Assembly: GCA_964016885.1 (NCBI GenBank)
Contig: OZ024741.1
Location: forward strand, 126,232,001-126,296,000
Direction of reading: 5' to 3'
From: Eledone cirrhosa
Lineage: Eukaryota
Length of the DNA stretch: 64,000 nucleotides
Under the pieces are notes generated by a model, which worked only from the letters and a program-made list of their open reading frames with translations, was not told where the DNA came from and searched no databases. Below are positions 56,833 through 64,000 of this stretch, one piece after another. Both the position numbers and the translations under genes were made by a program. Each line of letters opens with the position of its first letter. The stretch's first letter is position 1.

Positions 56833-58855
56833 AGACATGCGCAATCCCGATCAGGTCTATACACGACAACCTCCACCTCTTGCGATACATCATAGAGAGG
56901 GTAGGGTGTAAACCCGGCTTCGGTGGGGCCCTGATCAACTTGGATCAGTCTAAGGCTTTCGATAGGGTTGACCATCGTTACCTGGATGCGGTGCTCGAGG
57001 CGGCAGGCTTCGGACCCGTGTTTTCGGACCGTGGATTGCTGCAATGCACAACAGCAACATCTGCTCAAGGGTCAAGGTGAACGGCTACCTATCGGAGCCG
57101 TTCCATATTACGCGATCCATTCGACAGGGATGCCCTCTCTCCTCCCTTCTGTACGTACTGACTCTCGAGCCACTACTGCGGAAGTTGGAGCTATTGCAGG
57201 GCATCCCTCTGGAACCGGGACTGCGGAAAGCGGCGTCGGCCTACGCCGACGACGTGACAGTAATGGTGTCGAGCGCCTCGCAAATCGAGGAAGTCGGCAC
57301 CTTACTGAAGGAATACGAAAGTTTCACAGGAGCGAAGCTGAACCGGGACAAGTCCATCGGTTTGCAACTCGGATCGTGGAGAGGTAAACCGATGCCTTCC
57401 GATGGCGTCGTCGGACGCTGGACGGAAGGACCGGTAAAGCTGCTCGTGGTCTGGTTTGGTCCGGACCTCCAGGTGGAGAAGAACTGGAACGAAGTGACGG
57501 CCAAGGTGTTTGCACTCACCCAGAAGTGGGCCGAGTGCAAACTATCCTTGAAAGGTCGAGCGGAGGTGGCGAACACTTTTATAGCGTCCGCCATCTACTA
57601 CCGCTTGACCGTCGTGCCTTGTCCAGCCAAAACGCTCGCCAAAATAGAAACGCGCGCTCTTCCGATTCCTTTGGAAGAGGCGGGCTCCTTTGGTGAGAAG
57701 ATCCATCTGCTGCCAACACCCTTCTAACGGAGGGCTGGGGATGCCGTGGTTGACGATGTGCAAACACGCGCTCAGGCATCTCTACGTATTCCTCACCGAA
57801 CAACCGGTGTGGGCCCCGTTCGTGAGTCGAGCCTTCCCACGACTCGTCTCGCTGACCGAGCTGCAGTCCTGGGTCAAGCAAAGACCGAGGAAAATGGGCG
57901 ACTGGCACATCGAATGTGCTCAGGCGCTCACAGCCCTCTGGCAGGCGGACCCGGCGATCAGTGGAGACTCCACTTCGTCATTCTATAGAGGGTTGATCCG
58001 CAGCAAGTGCGACGACGCGCTCGGTGAAACTCTAGGCGTAGAGGAAGATAAACTGGCCAGTCTGTTCGGTAGGACCTTCCGCCCGGGACCGATGGACAAC
58101 TTCCAAAAGTCCCTGGCCTGGCACTGCTACCGAGGAGCTCTACCAGTTCGAGACAACCTCTACAGACATGGGCGCCCGGGCAGGGACCCTGAAAAAAAGA
58201 TCTGTCCGAGGTTCGTGCGAGACGAAGAAACCGTCGCGCACGCATTCATACACTGCCCGGGCGTCACTGACCTGTGGGGCTATGTAGAACGACTATTGTC
58301 GCGGGTGGGACCAATCTGGTTGACCACCGAGTCCATTGTCATGATCAAACCGCCACCCTCCTTCAAAAACGAAGGAGAGGCGGTTTTTCTTTGTTTGATA
58401 GCTATGGCGAAAGAGGTTGTATGGTGGACAAGGTTGAAAGGGCTGAGGTCAGACACCTTTCTCTCTGGCCAACAACTGATTCTTTTTTTCAAATACCACT
58501 TTGGAAGAAGAATCAGGATGGAGAGAGAGGTGCTGTACCCCAGCAAGTTTTATGAAAGGTGGGTGAAAGTGGCGAGAATGGCCCGAGTGAATGGGCCTTC
58601 TCTCTATATCAACCTGTAGGTTGAGGAAAAGGAGGAGGAGAGGAAAGGAGTACAAACTCTTCGTACTCCTGGAGATGAGGGTTGCACATTTTTTCGGGGG
58701 TATGTGTTACCCATATAAACTGTCTCCCCTATTGGGGAAAATCGACTAACTTTTAAAATTACATTTGTGATAACATTTTACACGTTTTTATTGTATGTAA
58801 ACTTCCCCCTTTGTATTTGTCCCCTTGTTTTGTGCCCCTGTGGCTAATAAAGAAA
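56833..58855 (+). mobile_element. 5'-truncated copy of a divergent subfamily of the same Tx1-like element
   Basis: Starts at the QTCAIP codons; many synonymous differences from copies 1 and 2; frameshifts; ends AATAAAGAAA before a short ATCT/ACAT tract. Confidence 0.92.
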
Positions 58856-59504
58856 CATATCTATCTACATACATACATATATATTGGTTGTCTGCTCAAT
58901 ACAAAGCTTGATCACTTCAGCGTACATGATGCTCAGCGTACAATTCTGGCATATCTTATGTAGCCTTTTAGACCAGACATACTGCTAAAAAGATATCCAC
59001 ATAAATTGCACATTAGTTTTGATGCAGCTTGAACTCTTTGCATCGTCAGATCATGATGGAGATCTACATGTCTCTTTAAATCTCCTAAAAATGTGCATAT
59101 TTTGTGGCATATGTGGCATAAAGGTGAACTGGCTGGTATGTTCTGTAGTCAGTGGGAAACTCCTTATTGTGTGCTCTTATATGAGAATGAAGTCCAACCT
59201 CTAAACAAGTAGATTTTGCCACAAACAGTAAACGTATCCCCTTGCTGACTGTTTTGGCAGTATCGGTAGAGGGTCGGATGCCATGCTTTGACGTATAGAG
59301 TTACGGCCCTTGCCATTCTGAGTTCAAATCCCGCCAAGGTTAGCTTTGCCTTTCATCCTTACGGGGTCGATAAAATAAAGTACCAGTAATGCACTGGGAA
59401 ATTGCTGGCCTTGTGCCAAAAAGTAGAAACAATTATTATTAGCCTTTTAATATTAACTTACTTGTTTTGCTCAGAAGTTTTCACACCGTCTCTCTCCCAT
59501 ACTC

Positions 59505-59998
<494 letters not shown>

Positions 59999-60018
59999 TG
60001 TATACATGCATATATATA

Positions 60019-61019
60019 TCGGATCAATCCAAAAGTAATGTCATTTTTGGTAGTAGGCTTTGAAGAGATAGAAAACACAAGTTACGTACTAACTTGATCA
60101 AGTATATATTCACCATATAAACTAATCCAATTTTTTAACGCTGTAAAGGTTTCTTATACCATTCCAATATAAATCAAACAGTTTTGAGGAGAAAAAGGCA
60201 CGTAGGTCCAGTTCAAGTGACTCTAAGGAACTGTAGTATTTTTCATTAATAAAATGGAGCAAACTTCGGAATAAATTATGAAGCAAGTTCAGGAGAATTT
60301 GGAAAATGTGGAAACCTTTCCTAGCTACGTTCCCAATCTTGGAATATATAATACTTGCACTATGAGATCGGGTGTTGTCGTGATGGAAAATGATAACACA
60401 CTTTCTTTTGACTAGAGAGTACCTTTTTTCTTTCAAGTTTTCATTCAGTTGATTGAGCTGTTCACAGTAAGCTTGAGTTGTGAATGACTGATTCTTTTTG
60501 TGGCAAAGTTTCTAAGTGTATTACACCCGTTATATTCCACCCAACACTGAAAAAGATCTTCTGAGGATGAAGATCTTGTTTCGGATGAGGTTTTGCTTGT
60601 TGTCCTGATTGAACCTACCACTGTTAACATTTATCATTCTCATAGAGTATCATTTTTTCATCATCGATTACCAGACAGTTAAAAAATGAAAACTTAAACT
60701 CTCAAGAATGAAGAACAGTGTAGATGTTGACGCGTTCTCTTCGATTATTTTCAGTTAGTTCACATGGAACCTACTTGCTAAGCTTAGACACAATTCCACT
60801 TCTTGCAAATGGCAATGGGCAGTTGATGTCACTGAATTAACCTTTTCTGCTAACTCTTTAACAGCTACATGGGAATTGTTTTCAATAGTGGCTGTCAGCG
60901 TATCATTATCGAAAGAGACAAGGCAGCCAGAGCGGTGGCCATCTTCCAAGTCAAATTCCTCTTGTCGAAATTTATTGATGGTACTTACGAACATTAGGTT
61001 CAGTTCTGCCTTTTGTAGC
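60019..61019 (-). mobile_element. Degraded mariner transposon lacking its 5' end
   Basis: FDLEDGHRSG, IIFHHDNTRSH, LFRSL, FFSSK..YWNGIRNL; TIR-like TCGGATCAATCCAAAAGTAATGTC after TA. Confidence 0.8.
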
Positions 61020-61071
61020 TGGGTTGAGAACTCAACTATGTATATATGAAAGGTTGTAAACTTGCAGTATA

Positions 61072-61167
<96 letters not shown>

Positions 61168-61374
61168 CATATATGATGGTTATTGCTTTATCTTGTCTCA
61201 ATATTACCTCAATCATTACTGCAAGTTTACAACCTTTCATATACACATAGTTGAGTTCTCAACCCATATATATATATATGAAAAGTAAATATCTCATTAT
61301 AAATCTCACCAAACGGCTCTACAACGAGTTTGTTTACATTTAAAAAGACGCCTGGTAATTACTTTTACTTTAAG

Positions 61375-61443
<69 letters not shown>

Positions 61444-61570
61444 CACTTAACATTTAATATTCTACCATACTATTTCATTCTAATACCATTATCAATTTTA
61501 AAGGATTGTAAATAAAACGAGTAAATCAGACAAAGTTGGAATTCCTTTTATTAATATACACACCCGTGTA

Positions 61571-61611
<41 letters not shown>

Positions 61612-63574
61612 GTGTGTGTGGTTTTATATATATATATATATTGCCAATGTCGTTTCATGATGAATTCAATTTCGTTTTATTTTCCAAGCAATTAAGTAAT
61701 AAATATCTATTATATTATGTTTTCCAAAAATTTAATATGGAAATTGAAACTCAAAACCCGCCACTACATCTTCCTGAACGAACAAACTTTACGGATGTGA
61801 TGTAAAATTTGGTTAATAGATTATCTAGATATAATATAAGATTACATTTCCTCAAAACATATTGAGTTAGCAAAGTTATATAACTAACTGAATACGTAAT
61901 TCATAAATAATATTTAAAAGTCTAGACTCCATCACATAGGAATACAGAAAAATGCAAATCAAATTCATCTTAATATTGAAATGATATCGATAGCAACCAA
62001 ACATCTTAGCGTCTTTCCGATATCGATCAAACATGCTTTATTGATGGTTATTCATAACTCGTTAGAACGTCTAATAGAATGCTTTGTGGTATTCGTGCCG
62101 CCTCTCTGGGTTCAAATCTAGCCGAGGTCAACTTTGCTTTTCATCCTTTCAATGTCGGTAAAAAAGTACCAGTCTAGTACCGGGGTCGATTCTTCCTCTA
62201 TATCTCTTACTCACTTCTTCTCTCTTACTTTCTATCCTTCTCTGGAAGAAATCTTCTGAATTCAGACCCGTAGAGACATGGTCTCTGCTAGGTTTAAAGC
62301 GCCTAAGAAACGCGGTATGTCAATACGGCACCCTTAGGCCTCCTTCAGGAGTTACGGGACCATACCATTCCTAACTTTTATGTCAGACATTTAACGAACT
62401 ATGTAACTAAAATAACATTGTATGTATGTGAATGTGTTTAGCCTTGAGATTGAAACAAATAATAATCTGACATTGACAGTGAAATATATTTTAAAATGCA
62501 GTTCGCCATTAGGCAATTGAATGGACCTCCGTCGGTTCCGACAATGATTGCTCCAGTTGTTCAATCAACGGAACAGCCCACTGTTTCACTCACACATCTA
62601 AGGTGATTCCGAGGCTAAAAAAACTTGCTTAAGGTACCAAACTGCGATTGAACGCGACACATTATGACTGCTAGCCTCTTAAATGACTGTCATAATTGTA
62701 TTCACTTCCTAGAATATCTAAAACGTGTCAGTAATGTATTTAGACGCATATTTATAAAGACATGTAGAGTGATGGATTGGCAGTATCGGTAGAGCGTCGG
62801 ACACTATGCTTTGCTGTATAGAGTTACGTCACTTTACGTTCTGATTTCAAATTCCGCCGAGGATAGCATTGCCTTTCATCCCGATGGGGTCGATAAAATG
62901 AAGTACCAGTAACGCACTGGGGTCGATTTAATTGACACCCCCTCCCCCCGTTCAAATTTCTGGCCTTGTGTCTAAAGTAGAAACAATATTTATTAAGAAA
63001 ATAGTGGATTGGCAGTATCGGTAGAGGGTCGGACGCCATGCTTTGCAGCAAAGAGTTACGGCCCTTGCCATTCTGAGTTTAAATCCCGCCGAGGTTAACT
63101 TTGCCTTTCATCCTTACGGCGTCGATAAAATGAAGTACCAATAATACACTGGTATAATTGCTGCCTTGTCCCACAATAGAAACAAATATTTATTAAGACG
63201 TGTTAATGTTTCTGTGTAATCGAAATCCTGGAACAAACCCAGTTCCCCGTGTTAGCGAAGCAAACTTGTTAACCACTCAGCTAAGCAACAGTTAAATTCT
63301 CAGTGCAAATGAAATACAAATTTCAGTTATATTCCTGTCTGAAGCACTTTTCATTTCATTTCCATATGATAGTCACGGATGTCATACAGTCCCCCCCCCC
63401 CCCATCCACATACACTTGGCGCTCGAATAAGAACTCATTACTAACAAAGGGTTTGATTCTTCTTGATTCTATCTCTCATTAAAAGAGAATCATTTCATGT
63501 TAAAAGTAGTTAAGATTGCAAATGTACTTGAAATGTACCGGCAGACTATGCAGCTAATTTATGAATCGGTGAGA

Positions 63575-63670
<96 letters not shown>

Positions 63671-64000
63671 CAACTTTATTTTTTCGTGAAAGTTCATATA
63701 ATGTATGGTGGATCAAAAAGAGAAAATTGGAAGTAAATAATGGACCTAAGAAAAGAGATAAATATGGGAAGAATTTTTCAAATAGGATAATTATGACTTC
63801 CCTCTAAGATTAACAGTAATGTGTGTTGGACCTTCGTCGGATCTGACGATGATTCTTTCCAGTCGTTCGAGCATCAAAACTGCTTGCTCGTGAAATTATC
63901 CTGCCAATAACTGAGTATTCTACTGATACTTATAGATTTAACGGAATTCTCAGAATAATTTAGCGTAACATAGTGTTTGATTAGTTCTCAGGTTTGATTC

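Overview
AT-rich, repeat-dominated animal genomic DNA with no confidently identifiable host gene. The SINE repertoire and extreme (TA)n content suggest a cephalopod such as Octopus (inference). Transposons present: a degraded Neptune-like Penelope-like element (PLE) at the start and a second PLE GIY-YIG 3' fragment; four RTE-type LINE remnants; three mariner remnants; a non-autonomous Helitron; a hAT fragment; and many tRNA-derived SINEs. Two things stand out. (1) About 20 type-I hammerhead ribozyme motifs from roughly a dozen sequence families lie at 2.5-34.5 kb, mostly in short non-coding elements inserted in (TA)n tracts. They include tandem ~510-530-nt retrozyme-like monomers, fold-back palindromes whose arms carry copy-specific mirrored variants, and compensatory U3-A8 core variants. 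(2) A head-to-tail array of three Tx1/L1-clade non-LTR retrotransposons (two full length, one 5'-truncated from a divergent subfamily) is bounded by (ATCT)n, suggesting a GATA-microsatellite-targeting family. All coordinates and pairings were read by eye; none were computed.
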